This document shows, piece by piece, positions 40,207 to 48,650 of a stretch of 64,000 nt of DNA; within the stretch, counting starts at the first letter, position 1, and each line of letters opens with the position of its first letter. This DNA is from Candidatus Alkanophaga liquidiphilum. GTDB taxonomy: Archaea; Halobacteriota; Syntropharchaeia; Alkanophagales; B39-G2. The notes under the pieces are model-generated. The model did no database searches and was not told where the DNA came from. It saw nothing but the letters and a program-made list of their open reading frames with translations. A program made the position numbers and the translations under genes. The stretch is taken from the NCBI GenBank assembly GCA_029259535.1, contig JAPHEF010000005.1, forward strand, positions 97-64,096, written 5' to 3'.

Positions 40207-41535
40207 ATGCCGGAGCAGCCGAGGTTCGACCCCTGGGGCTCAGCCGTCATCGATTACTCAAAAGTGTTCACGGAGTTTGGAATATCGAGGTTCGAGGGGC
40301 TTCTGCCGAGAGTTAAGGAGCCACATCTTTACATGCGTCGCCGCATTGTAATGGGGCATCGGGACTACGAGCTTATTTTGGAGGCGATGGAGCGGCGCCG
40401 TCCGTTTGCGGTGATGAGCGGCTTTATGCCTTCAGGAAAACTGCACCTTGGCGGGAAAATGGTCATGGACGAAATCATCTGGCACCAGCGGATGGGCGCT
40501 GCGGCGTTCGTCAGCATTGCCGACATGGAAGCGCATGCCGTTCGCCGCATATCTTGGCGTGAGTGCAAGAAGATTGGCGTCTTCGAATATATACTCAGCC
40601 TGATCGCCCTCGGCTTCGACCCGCACAGGGGCTTCATTTACTTCCAGTCTGAAAACAGGTTGCTACAAGACCTCGCCTTCGAACTGGGTTGCGAGGCTAA
40701 CATCGGAGAGCTGAGCGCAGTTTACGGCTTCTCCAGCGACGTCAACGTCTCGAAGTGCGTCAGCGTGCTCATGCAGAGCGCCGACATCCTGCAGCCGCAA
40801 CTCGCAACGTTCGGCGGACCAAAGCCAACGGTAATTCCTGTTGGTTTCGACCAAGACCCGCATATCCGATTAACGAGAGACGTTGCCTCAAGGGTGCGGC
40901 TCTTCACCGTCGAGCTCGTCAAAAATGGGGATGAATGTGTGAGGGTCAGGGCGAAGACGGAGGACGCCGCCTCTGCGCTCACGGAGGTTACGAGCAAGCT
41001 CGGCGGCGAGAAGCGAGCTTACGAGATGCATGTTGATGTCTACGGCGAGCCTTTCGAAGTGGTGGAGCGTGTGGTCAGGGAGGTAGAAATTGAGCTCGGC
41101 GGCTACGGCTTTTACCCGCCGGCAGCGACGTTCCACCGCTTCATGCGTGGGCTCGGCGGCGGGAAGATGTCGTCGTCGAAGCCTGAGAGCTACATAGCGC
41201 TGACGGAGCCGCCGAGGGACGCCGCTGCGAAGGTAATGAACGCAAAGACCGGCGGGCGGGCGACTCTGGAAGAGCAGCGGAAGCTTGGCGGCGTTCCCGA
41301 GGAGTGCATAGTTTACGAGCTTCTGATGTTCCACCTTATCGAGGACGACCGGCACGTAGCTGAAATTTACGAGGAGTGCATCTCAGGACGCCGCACCTGC
41401 GCAGCTTGCAAAAAGGCGGCGGCAGAGCTTATGCGTTCTTTCCTGAAAGAGCATCAGGAGAGGAGGGAAGAGGCGAAAAACGTTTTAAAGGAATTGGATA
41501 TGGGGAAGAAGTGGCTGGAAGCTGTTAAGTTTTGA
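40207..41535 (+). CDS. Tryptophanyl-tRNA synthetase-like class I aaRS, atypical (HLGG instead of HIGH; about 80-aa insertion)
   Basis: N-terminus DPWGSAVIDYSKVFTEFG as in archaeal/eukaryal TrpRS. KMSSSK motif. Extra domain RLFTVELVKNGDECVRVRAKTEDAA...EIELGG. Confidence 0.6.
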   Translation: MPEQPRFDPWGSAVIDYSKVFTEFGISRFEGLLPRVKEPHLYMRRRIVMGHRDYELILEAMERRRPFAVMSGFMPSGKLHLGGKMVMDEIIWHQRMGAAAFVSIADMEAHAVRRISWRECKKIGVFEYILSLIALGFDPHRGFIYFQSENRLLQDLAFELGCEANIGELSAVYGFSSDVNVSKCVSVLMQSADILQPQLATFGGPKPTVIPVGFDQDPHIRLTRDVASRVRLFTVELVKNGDECVRVRAKTEDAASALTEVTSKLGGEKRAYEMHVDVYGEPFEVVERVVREVEIELGGYGFYPPAATFHRFMRGLGGGKMSSSKPESYIALTEPPRDAAAKVMNAKTGGRATLEEQRKLGGVPEECIVYELLMFHLIEDDRHVAEIYEECISGRRTCAACKKAAAELMRSFLKEHQERREEAKNVLKELDMGKKWLEAVKF

Positions 41536-41610
41536 GGGCGGGTGAAGCCATTATAAACACTTTTTTATAAAAAAGTGATTATGGAATAAACAAAGGAGGT
41601 GTGGTGAAAA

Positions 41611-42204
41611 ATGAAGATGGTTTTTGTTTCACACACAAAAAGAGATGCAGAATTCTGCGATGCATTTGATAGAGTATGTGCTCGAGTAGGAATTAGAGCA
41701 TTTCGCTCTGAATTTGAAACAATTGAGAGACCTGCGTGGAAAACAATAAAAGATGCTATAAATAAATCTATTGCTGTATTCTTTTTAGTAGGAGAAGAAT
41801 TAGTAAGGAGTCAGGATTTAGGAGATCCTGAATGGAGATATACTCAGAATTGGATTGCTTATGAAATAGGTATAGCATGTCAAAGAGGAATTGATGTTTG
41901 GGCTGTTTGTGATGACGTCCCAATTAACTTTCCGATGCCATATATCAATAATTATCTTACTTTAAGCTTAAAGCACGAGCCGGCATTTAATTATTTAAGA
42001 GAAGTCCTTGAACTCTATAAAACAGGGCAGACTTTCCCTTTTCCTTATGTAGACCCTTTTGGGAATAATCTAGGCGTAAAGTGTCCCTACGATGACTGTC
42101 AAATGGAATTTAACTTGCATGTTGGCTTACCACCAGGAGAAATAATCAGGTGCCCTCAATGTTTGAGGAATATAGTGTTTCCTCAGGGCATTTACTTTGA
42201 TTAA
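41611..42204 (+). CDS. TIR-like (DUF1863/ThsB-like) domain protein with C-terminal Cys4 zinc ribbon
   Basis: VFVSHTKRDAEF...SIAVFFLVGEEL...WIAYEIGIA pattern of TIR-like domains. C-terminal CPYDDC...CPQC. Lies in an AT-rich island. Confidence 0.6.
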   Translation: MKMVFVSHTKRDAEFCDAFDRVCARVGIRAFRSEFETIERPAWKTIKDAINKSIAVFFLVGEELVRSQDLGDPEWRYTQNWIAYEIGIACQRGIDVWAVCDDVPINFPMPYINNYLTLSLKHEPAFNYLREVLELYKTGQTFPFPYVDPFGNNLGVKCPYDDCQMEFNLHVGLPPGEIIRCPQCLRNIVFPQGIYFD

Positions 42205-42341
42205 CTGCCAAAAAATGAACACGCCGACAGCGTATAACAGAGCGTATCTGGCTATGGTGCTTCACACTTGCCTAAACCCACCTTCGGCGTGCTTCAGATA
42301 CGCTCAAAACGTTATACTTATATGCTTGCAACACTTAAGTT

Positions 42342-43015
42342 GGACGTGTCCACATAACATAAGCCCACCGCAACCGATTATAGTATAGCATGAACAACTT
42401 ACAGAACACATTCCAGTTTCTAACGGATTAAAACAGCTAATTGAGAAAAGAGCGTCTTTATCCGCTGCTTCAGCGAAAAACACCGATTCTACCGAGCTTC
42501 ATAATCTCACCGAAAGGACTGATGTTCAAATTCCCAACCAAGTCTTCTCATAGCATCCATTAACCAAGCTTATCTATAATAATCCGGGCCTATTCTCGCA
42601 GTATTCTAGCACTTCCTTTAAAGACTTTAGTTAGATAATTCCGTGTTGTATAAACTCTCATAATCAACTCATTCCTCTCCACACCGCAGAATAAACATAG
42701 TACGCCTTTTATTCGCTTTAACAATTGTTTCGTCTGAGGCAATCAGATTTCTTTGTTTTTTCTCTGTTGTAACCGGTAGCTTCTCTTCAAATTTCTTTTC
42801 TTTATCCAGTTCCGGACAGAGGTTTTAGAGACGGGATGGAGCTCTGACAGAATTCCGGCAGCCCTTCACCGAAGCCGTCTGAATATAAGCTAGGATCTTA
42901 ACTCGAAAGGCGGCGGCACCTTATTCTTCTCAAACACCTTCAACTCCTCCACAATCCCCCTTACACTACGCATAAAAATAGTTCCCCCCATTTATGATCT
43001 TATGTGGACACGTCC
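42342..43015. mobile_element. MITE-like non-autonomous element bounded by 16-bp terminal inverted repeats, no intact ORF
   Basis: GGACGTGTCCACATAA at 42342-42357 and its reverse complement TTATGTGGACACGTCC at 43000-43015. The interior is AT-rich with only short broken reading frames. Confidence 0.5.
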
Positions 43016-43258
43016 TAGTCCTCACGCAATTCATCACAACCCTGATGGGTGTGAGCTTTCTTGCTTAGTTTTTTGTAATGCCCATTTAGACGCCGCTCAG
43101 CAGAAGGAAACAAATTGCCGACATCTTGGCATTTAATGATGTGGGAGCATGAGGTAAGCTTATATATGAGGCTTGCCAACGGCAAATGATATCCGACAAT
43201 AAAGGAGGTAATGTCCGGCGTGCTGCTTGCCCGAATAACTGGGAATTGAGGCGGGAAA

Positions 43259-43726
43259 ATGTGGAGAATAGTTGCAAAGCCCGAGGTATGTATGGGATGT
43301 CACCTTTGCGAGATTTGGTGTGCGGTGGCGCACTCTACGTCCAAAGACATCATTAAAGCCTTCCTTTACGAGGGACAGAAGCCCTTGCCGAGACTCCTCG
43401 TTGAGGAAAGCTACCCTGAAAGCTTTGCGCTGCAGTGCAGGCATTGCGATGAGCCCGAATGTATGTTCGCATGCATCAGCGGCGCCTTATATAAGGACAG
43501 AACGGGCAGAGTGCTCCATGACGAGAGCAAATGCGTCGCCTGTTATAGTTGCATAATGGCTTGCCCCTACGGCGCCATCAGAATTAACCCGTTCACCGGC
43601 AAGATTCTCAAATGCGATCTGTGTGCGGATTTGGATTTCCCGTTATGCGTGGAAAAATGTCCAAACAACGCTCTGGAATACGTGGAGATTAAGACTGAGG
43701 CGGAGGAAAAGCTTTATGAGATATGA
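43259..43726 (+). CDS. 4Fe-4S dicluster ferredoxin-domain protein
   Basis: CxxCxxC...CP motifs (CMGCHLCEIWC; CVACYSCIMACP; CDLCADL...CVEKCP). Confidence 0.75.
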   Translation: MWRIVAKPEVCMGCHLCEIWCAVAHSTSKDIIKAFLYEGQKPLPRLLVEESYPESFALQCRHCDEPECMFACISGALYKDRTGRVLHDESKCVACYSCIMACPYGAIRINPFTGKILKCDLCADLDFPLCVEKCPNNALEYVEIKTEAEEKLYEI

Positions 43727-45026
43727 TTACGTCATCATAGGGAACTCTGCAGGTGGCATCGGCTGCGTTGAGGCAATAAGAGAGCTGGATGAAGCTTCGA
43801 GCGTGGCGGTAATCGCCGCTGAGAAATATCATGCTTATTCCAGAGCTTTGATCCCGTATTATCTGGATGGCAAGATAGAGTTGGACAAAATCTATTATCG
43901 CCCGCATGATTTTTACCAAAAGATGAACGTCGAGACGCATCTCGGCGTTAAAGCCGTAGGAATAGATATAAATTCAAGGGAGGTCCTGCTGGAGGATGGG
44001 GTGCGGGTCGGCTTTGGCAAGCTACTGATAGCAACCGGCGGAAAGCCGTTTATACCTCCTATTGAGGGGCTTTCAGGTCAAAAGAACGTTTTCACCTTCC
44101 TAAAGCTCGAAGACGCCCTCGGCGTGAAGGAGACTTTGAAGAGCGCTGAGACATCGCTAATTCTCGGAGGCGGTATCATCGGGCTGATGGTGGCTGAAGT
44201 TTTGAGACGGAAAGGGCTCGAAGTCATAGTGGTGGAGCTTGCCGACAGAGTTCTTGCGCCGGTCGTTGACCCGATAACCTCAAAACTCGTGCAGGAGAAG
44301 TTTGCTGAAAATGGGGTTGGGATTATCCTTCAGAACACGATCGCAAAGGTTGTTGGAGAGAAGGAGGTTGAAAGAGTAATTTTGAAGGACGGGAGCGAAC
44401 TTCCAACGGACTTGCTTATTTTAGCGGTTGGCGTGCGTCCCAACACTGAGGTTGTGAGAGATACTCCCATCAAAGTGAATAGGGGCATAGTGGTGGACAA
44501 ATATATGGAGACGTCCGTCAAAGGCATTTACGCCTGTGGCGACTGTGCCGAGATCTACGATTTTGTTTTCGGAGCTAACAGGGTGCTGCTGCTCTGGCCA
44601 ACAGCCTACGTCGGCGGGAGAATCGCAGGCTTCAACATGTGCGGCGTCCGCCGTGAACTCACGCACGCCACGAGCATGAATGCAATGCATTTCTTTGACT
44701 TCTATATTGTGAGCGCCGGGCTGAACGTCCCGAATGACAGCGATGAGTTTGAGGTGATCTACAAGCTTGACGAAGAGCGGAAGATTTACAGGAAATTTGC
44801 GCTCAAAGATGGGGAAATAGCTGGATTCATCCTCGCAGGAAAGGTTGACAGGGCTGGAATATTCTTAAAACTTATGAAAGAAGGCGTTAAAGTCACTGGG
44901 TTCAAGGACAAGCTGTTGAAGGAGGATTTCGGGTATGTTGACTTGTCTGAGGAAATAAGGTGGGATTTGCTGGCGGATAAAGTGAAGCTGGGGGTGGTAT
45001 ATGAGTATGCGGCGTATGAGGCGTGA
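43716..45026 (+). CDS. FAD-dependent pyridine nucleotide-disulfide oxidoreductase (NAD(P)H oxidase / CoA-disulfide reductase-like)
   Basis: GXGXXG motifs DYVIIGNSAGG and ILGGGIIGLMVAEVL. Start taken at the internal Met MRYDYVIIG, overlapping the ferredoxin stop. Confidence 0.75.
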   Translation: MRYDYVIIGNSAGGIGCVEAIRELDEASSVAVIAAEKYHAYSRALIPYYLDGKIELDKIYYRPHDFYQKMNVETHLGVKAVGIDINSREVLLEDGVRVGFGKLLIATGGKPFIPPIEGLSGQKNVFTFLKLEDALGVKETLKSAETSLILGGGIIGLMVAEVLRRKGLEVIVVELADRVLAPVVDPITSKLVQEKFAENGVGIILQNTIAKVVGEKEVERVILKDGSELPTDLLILAVGVRPNTEVVRDTPIKVNRGIVVDKYMETSVKGIYACGDCAEIYDFVFGANRVLLLWPTAYVGGRIAGFNMCGVRRELTHATSMNAMHFFDFYIVSAGLNVPNDSDEFEVIYKLDEERKIYRKFALKDGEIAGFILAGKVDRAGIFLKLMKEGVKVTGFKDKLLKEDFGYVDLSEEIRWDLLADKVKLGVVYEYAAYEA

Positions 45027-46146
45027 GACTCTGCCCGATAAGGAGCACCAAGCCTGCGGCTTGTTTGGCGTGATGAATAGGAAGGGAGAGAGATTTGGAG
45101 GAAGGATGGCTATAGATGCCTTGATGAACATGAGGGTCAGAGGAAACGGGCTTGGAGCCGGTTTTGCCGCCTACGGAATTTACCCTGAACATAAAGATTA
45201 CTACGCATTGCACATAATGTTTCAAGATTGGGACTTAGATGCGAAGCGTGAAGTTGATAAATTCCTTGGAGCAAACTTCGACGTTGTTTGCGACGAGGAA
45301 ATGCCCACGAATCCTGAGGCATCGGTGATAAATCCGCCGCTCGTGTGGCGTTACTTCATGGCGCCGGATAAAAAAGGAGATGAAAAAAGGCTCAGCGACG
45401 ATGACTACGTAGTAAAGAAAGTGATGCACATAAATACGAGGATAAAAAACGCTTACGTCTTTTCGTCGGGGAAGAACATGGGCGTGTTCAAGGGCGTCGG
45501 CTTCCCTGAGGAGATAGCCGAGTATTTCATGCTTGAAAAGGAGTATAGGGGGTATATTTGGGTGGCGCACAGCAGGTTCCCAACGAACACGCCCGGCTGG
45601 TGGGGCGGCGCCCACCCGTTCTGCATCCTCGACTGGACGGTCGTCCATAACGGGGAAATTTCATCTTACGGCACGAACAAGAGGTATCTTGAGATGTATG
45701 GCTATTATTGCACGCTGCTTACCGACACTGAGGTCATGGCCTACGCCGTCGACCTACTGATGCGAAGGCAGCGCCTCCCGATCGAAATTGTGGCGAAGAT
45801 ATTTGCGCCGCCGATGTGGGACCACGTCGACATCATGGACGAGAAAAGGAAGAAGCTCTACATGACGTTGAGGATGGTTTACGCTCCGTTATTGATAAAC
45901 GGACCTTGGACGATTATCGTCGCTCATCACGGTGAGATGTTCGGCATAACTGACAGGATAAGACTCCGCCCCATAACCGCAGGGGAGAAAGGCGATTTGC
46001 TTTTCGTTTCGTCGGAAGAAGCAGCTATTAGGGCGGTCTGTCCCAACCTCGATAGAGTCTTCACGCCGATGGGCGGCGAGCCCGTGGTGGGCAGGCTGAA
46101 AGGCGTGGAAAAGGAGCTGAGGAAGAAGGCTGAAGAGGGGGTGTAG
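45001..46146 (+). CDS. Glutamate synthase, class-II glutamine amidotransferase domain subunit (archaeal split GltB)
   Basis: Ntn-type GATase with catalytic Cys in ACGLFGV. HNGEISSYGTNKRY. Confidence 0.8.
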   Translation: MSMRRMRRETLPDKEHQACGLFGVMNRKGERFGGRMAIDALMNMRVRGNGLGAGFAAYGIYPEHKDYYALHIMFQDWDLDAKREVDKFLGANFDVVCDEEMPTNPEASVINPPLVWRYFMAPDKKGDEKRLSDDDYVVKKVMHINTRIKNAYVFSSGKNMGVFKGVGFPEEIAEYFMLEKEYRGYIWVAHSRFPTNTPGWWGGAHPFCILDWTVVHNGEISSYGTNKRYLEMYGYYCTLLTDTEVMAYAVDLLMRRQRLPIEIVAKIFAPPMWDHVDIMDEKRKKLYMTLRMVYAPLLINGPWTIIVAHHGEMFGITDRIRLRPITAGEKGDLLFVSSEEAAIRAVCPNLDRVFTPMGGEPVVGRLKGVEKELRKKAEEGV

Positions 46147-47693
46147 TGGTGGAGCTGGTCAGAGGAGAAGAGATGTTCAGTCACATGCTCCCGGAGTTCA
46201 TCGTGGAGCGTCGAGAAGACCGCTGTATAAGATGCAGGGTCTGCGAGCGTCAGTGCGCTTTCGAAGTTCATAAATACGACAAAGAGCTCGATATGGTATT
46301 TTCCGACGAGAAGAAGTGCGTCGGCTGCCAGAGGTGCGCCGTTTTATGCCCGACGGATGCGTTGGTCATAAGACCGCACCCCGGGGAGTACCGGCGGAAC
46401 GCTAACTGGACGAGAGAGCGCATCCAAGACTTGAAGAAGCAGGCTGAGACCGGTGGCGTTATTCTGACAGGGAGCGGCAACGACAAGCCCTACCGTATCT
46501 ACTGGGACCACATCGTCCTGAATGCATCTCAGGTTACGAATCCTTCGATTGACCCGCTGCGGGAGCCCATGGAGTTAAGAACGTTCCTCGGCAGGAAGCC
46601 TGATGCGTTGGAGTTAAGATTCAACGGCGGCGACTACGAGGACGTGGAGGTAGCCACTGAGCTATATCCGAACGTGATGATAGAGACACCGATGGTATTC
46701 TCAGCTATGTCCTACGGGGCGATAAGCTATCAGGCTTTCAAGTCGCTGGCGATGGCAGCAAGCGAGTATGGAACGCTGTTCAATACCGGCGAGGGCGGTC
46801 TGCCGAAGGAGCTTCGGAAATACGGCAAAAACGCCATCGTGCAGTGCGCAAGCGGAAGATTTGGCGTCGACCCTGAATACCTCAACTGCGCCGCCGTCGT
46901 AGAAATCAAAATAGGGCAGGGCGCAAAGCCTGGAATAGGCGGGCATTTGCCGGGCGAGAAGGTGACGCTGCCGATTTCGGTGACGAGGATGATTCCTGAA
47001 GGCACGGACGCCCTTTCCCCGGCGCCGCAGCACGACATTTATTCCATCGAGGACCTGAGCATGCTCATCTACGCCTTAAAGGAAGCAACAAACTACGAGA
47101 CGCCCGTCAGCGTTAAGATAGCGGCGGTGCACAACGTCGCCGCAATAGCAAGCGGGATGGTCAGAGCCGGCGCCGATATAATCGCCATTGACGGCCTGCG
47201 AGGCGGAACCGGGGCAGCTCCGAAGACCATCAGGGACAACGTCGGAATTCCCATCGAGCTCGCACTGGCGGCGGTCGACCGGAGGCTGAGAGAGGAGGGG
47301 ATAAGAAATAAGTGTTCGATTCTCGTCGCCGGCGGCTTCAGGTGCAGTGCCGACGTTGTAAAAGCCATAGCGCTCGGGGCGGACGCTGTTTATGTCGGCA
47401 CGCCCGCGCTCGTGGCGATGGGCTGCACTCTCTGCCAGAAGTGCTACACAGGAAAGTGCAACTGGGGAATCTGCACGCAAGACCCTTATCTTTCAAGGAG
47501 GCTGAACCCTGAAATCGCTTCTAAGAGGCTCGTGAACTTGCTGAGGGGCTGGAGTTTCGAAATAAAGGAGATGCTTGGTGGGATGGGCATAAACGCCGTT
47601 GAAAGCCTTAGGGGCAACAGGGACCATTTGCGGGGCGTGGGGCTTGAGGATTGGGAGCTTGAGGTTCTCGGCATAAAGGGGGCTGGTGAGTGA
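46146..47693 (+). CDS. Glutamate synthase FMN-binding domain subunit with N-terminal 2x[4Fe-4S] ferredoxin domain
   Basis: CIRCRVCERQC and CVGCQRCAVLCP. GltS FMN/Fe-S core GAKPGIGGHLPGEKV and IDGLRGGTGAAP. Confidence 0.85.
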   Translation: MVELVRGEEMFSHMLPEFIVERREDRCIRCRVCERQCAFEVHKYDKELDMVFSDEKKCVGCQRCAVLCPTDALVIRPHPGEYRRNANWTRERIQDLKKQAETGGVILTGSGNDKPYRIYWDHIVLNASQVTNPSIDPLREPMELRTFLGRKPDALELRFNGGDYEDVEVATELYPNVMIETPMVFSAMSYGAISYQAFKSLAMAASEYGTLFNTGEGGLPKELRKYGKNAIVQCASGRFGVDPEYLNCAAVVEIKIGQGAKPGIGGHLPGEKVTLPISVTRMIPEGTDALSPAPQHDIYSIEDLSMLIYALKEATNYETPVSVKIAAVHNVAAIASGMVRAGADIIAIDGLRGGTGAAPKTIRDNVGIPIELALAAVDRRLREEGIRNKCSILVAGGFRCSADVVKAIALGADAVYVGTPALVAMGCTLCQKCYTGKCNWGICTQDPYLSRRLNPEIASKRLVNLLRGWSFEIKEMLGGMGINAVESLRGNRDHLRGVGLEDWELEVLGIKGAGE

Positions 47694-48535
47694 TGGAATA
47701 TTCCATAGGCGGTCTCAGAGATATGTTCCTCGGAAATGTGCGTCGTCTCGAGGACATCCTTAGCTACGCAAATATTAGCGACGACATAGCTGAGATAGAT
47801 GCCTCAAGATTGGTTCATAAGGAAATAAACGACCTGATGCGGTATTGCGCCCTGCAAGGAGTCAGGAAAATCGTTTTGCGGGGTGTGTGCGGGCAGCGCT
47901 ACCTCGGGACGAGACTCTACTTCCCGAACCCAAGACCAAGGCTCGAAATCGAAATCCATGGGCATCCGGGCAACGATCTCGGCGCCTTCCTCGACGGGCA
48001 TCGTATCGTCGTTCACGGGAACGCTCAGGACGGCGTCGGAAACACAATGGACGGAGGCGAAATCCTCGTTCATGGGCGGGCGGGCGACGTCGTCGCAATG
48101 TCCATGCGGGGCGGCAGAATCCTCATCAGGGACGACGTCGGCTATAGGGCGGCAATCCACATGAAGGAGTATAAGGATAAGGTTCCCGTGCTCGTCGTCG
48201 GCGGCACCGCCCAAGATTTCTTCGGCGAATATATGGCTGGCGGCAGAGTGGTCCTCCTCGGCTTGAACCTCGGCAACAAGCCGCACCGTGCGAGATATAT
48301 TGGAACGGGCATGCACGGCGGCATCATGTTCATCAGAGGTAAGGTGGAGAAGTGGCAGCTCGGCAAAGAAGTCGGAATTGTGGACATGGAGCGAGAGGAC
48401 TGGAAACTCCTTGAAAAGCATGTTGGGGATTTCTGCGAAATTTTTGGATTTAAAAGGGATGAGGTGCTTGGCGGGGACTTCCTGAAGCTGAAACCAATGA
48501 CGAAAAGACCCTACGGCAAGGTTTACGCATACTGA
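47690..48535 (+). CDS. Glutamate synthase C-terminal (GXGXG) domain subunit
   Basis: Repeated beta-helix GXGXG motifs (HGNAQDGVGNTMDGGEILVHGRAGD...). Confidence 0.8.
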   Translation: MMEYSIGGLRDMFLGNVRRLEDILSYANISDDIAEIDASRLVHKEINDLMRYCALQGVRKIVLRGVCGQRYLGTRLYFPNPRPRLEIEIHGHPGNDLGAFLDGHRIVVHGNAQDGVGNTMDGGEILVHGRAGDVVAMSMRGGRILIRDDVGYRAAIHMKEYKDKVPVLVVGGTAQDFFGEYMAGGRVVLLGLNLGNKPHRARYIGTGMHGGIMFIRGKVEKWQLGKEVGIVDMEREDWKLLEKHVGDFCEIFGFKRDEVLGGDFLKLKPMTKRPYGKVYAY

Positions 48536-48650
48536 CCTGCTTTATGGGAATCAAGAGGAGTTGCTGCCGTAACGGTTCTTATTGAAGGAAAAAGTTGCTA
48601 AAAGCTAAATCCAAATTCAAAAACCTCAGGCGTTCTTATTCCGTTGCCTA

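Noticed and set aside
43623-45026. Upstream start (MRIWISRYAWKNV...) for the Nox-like oxidoreductase
   Set aside because: The FAD-binding fingerprint begins right after the internal Met (MRYDYVIIGNSAGG). The upstream part overlaps the ferredoxin gene in another frame.
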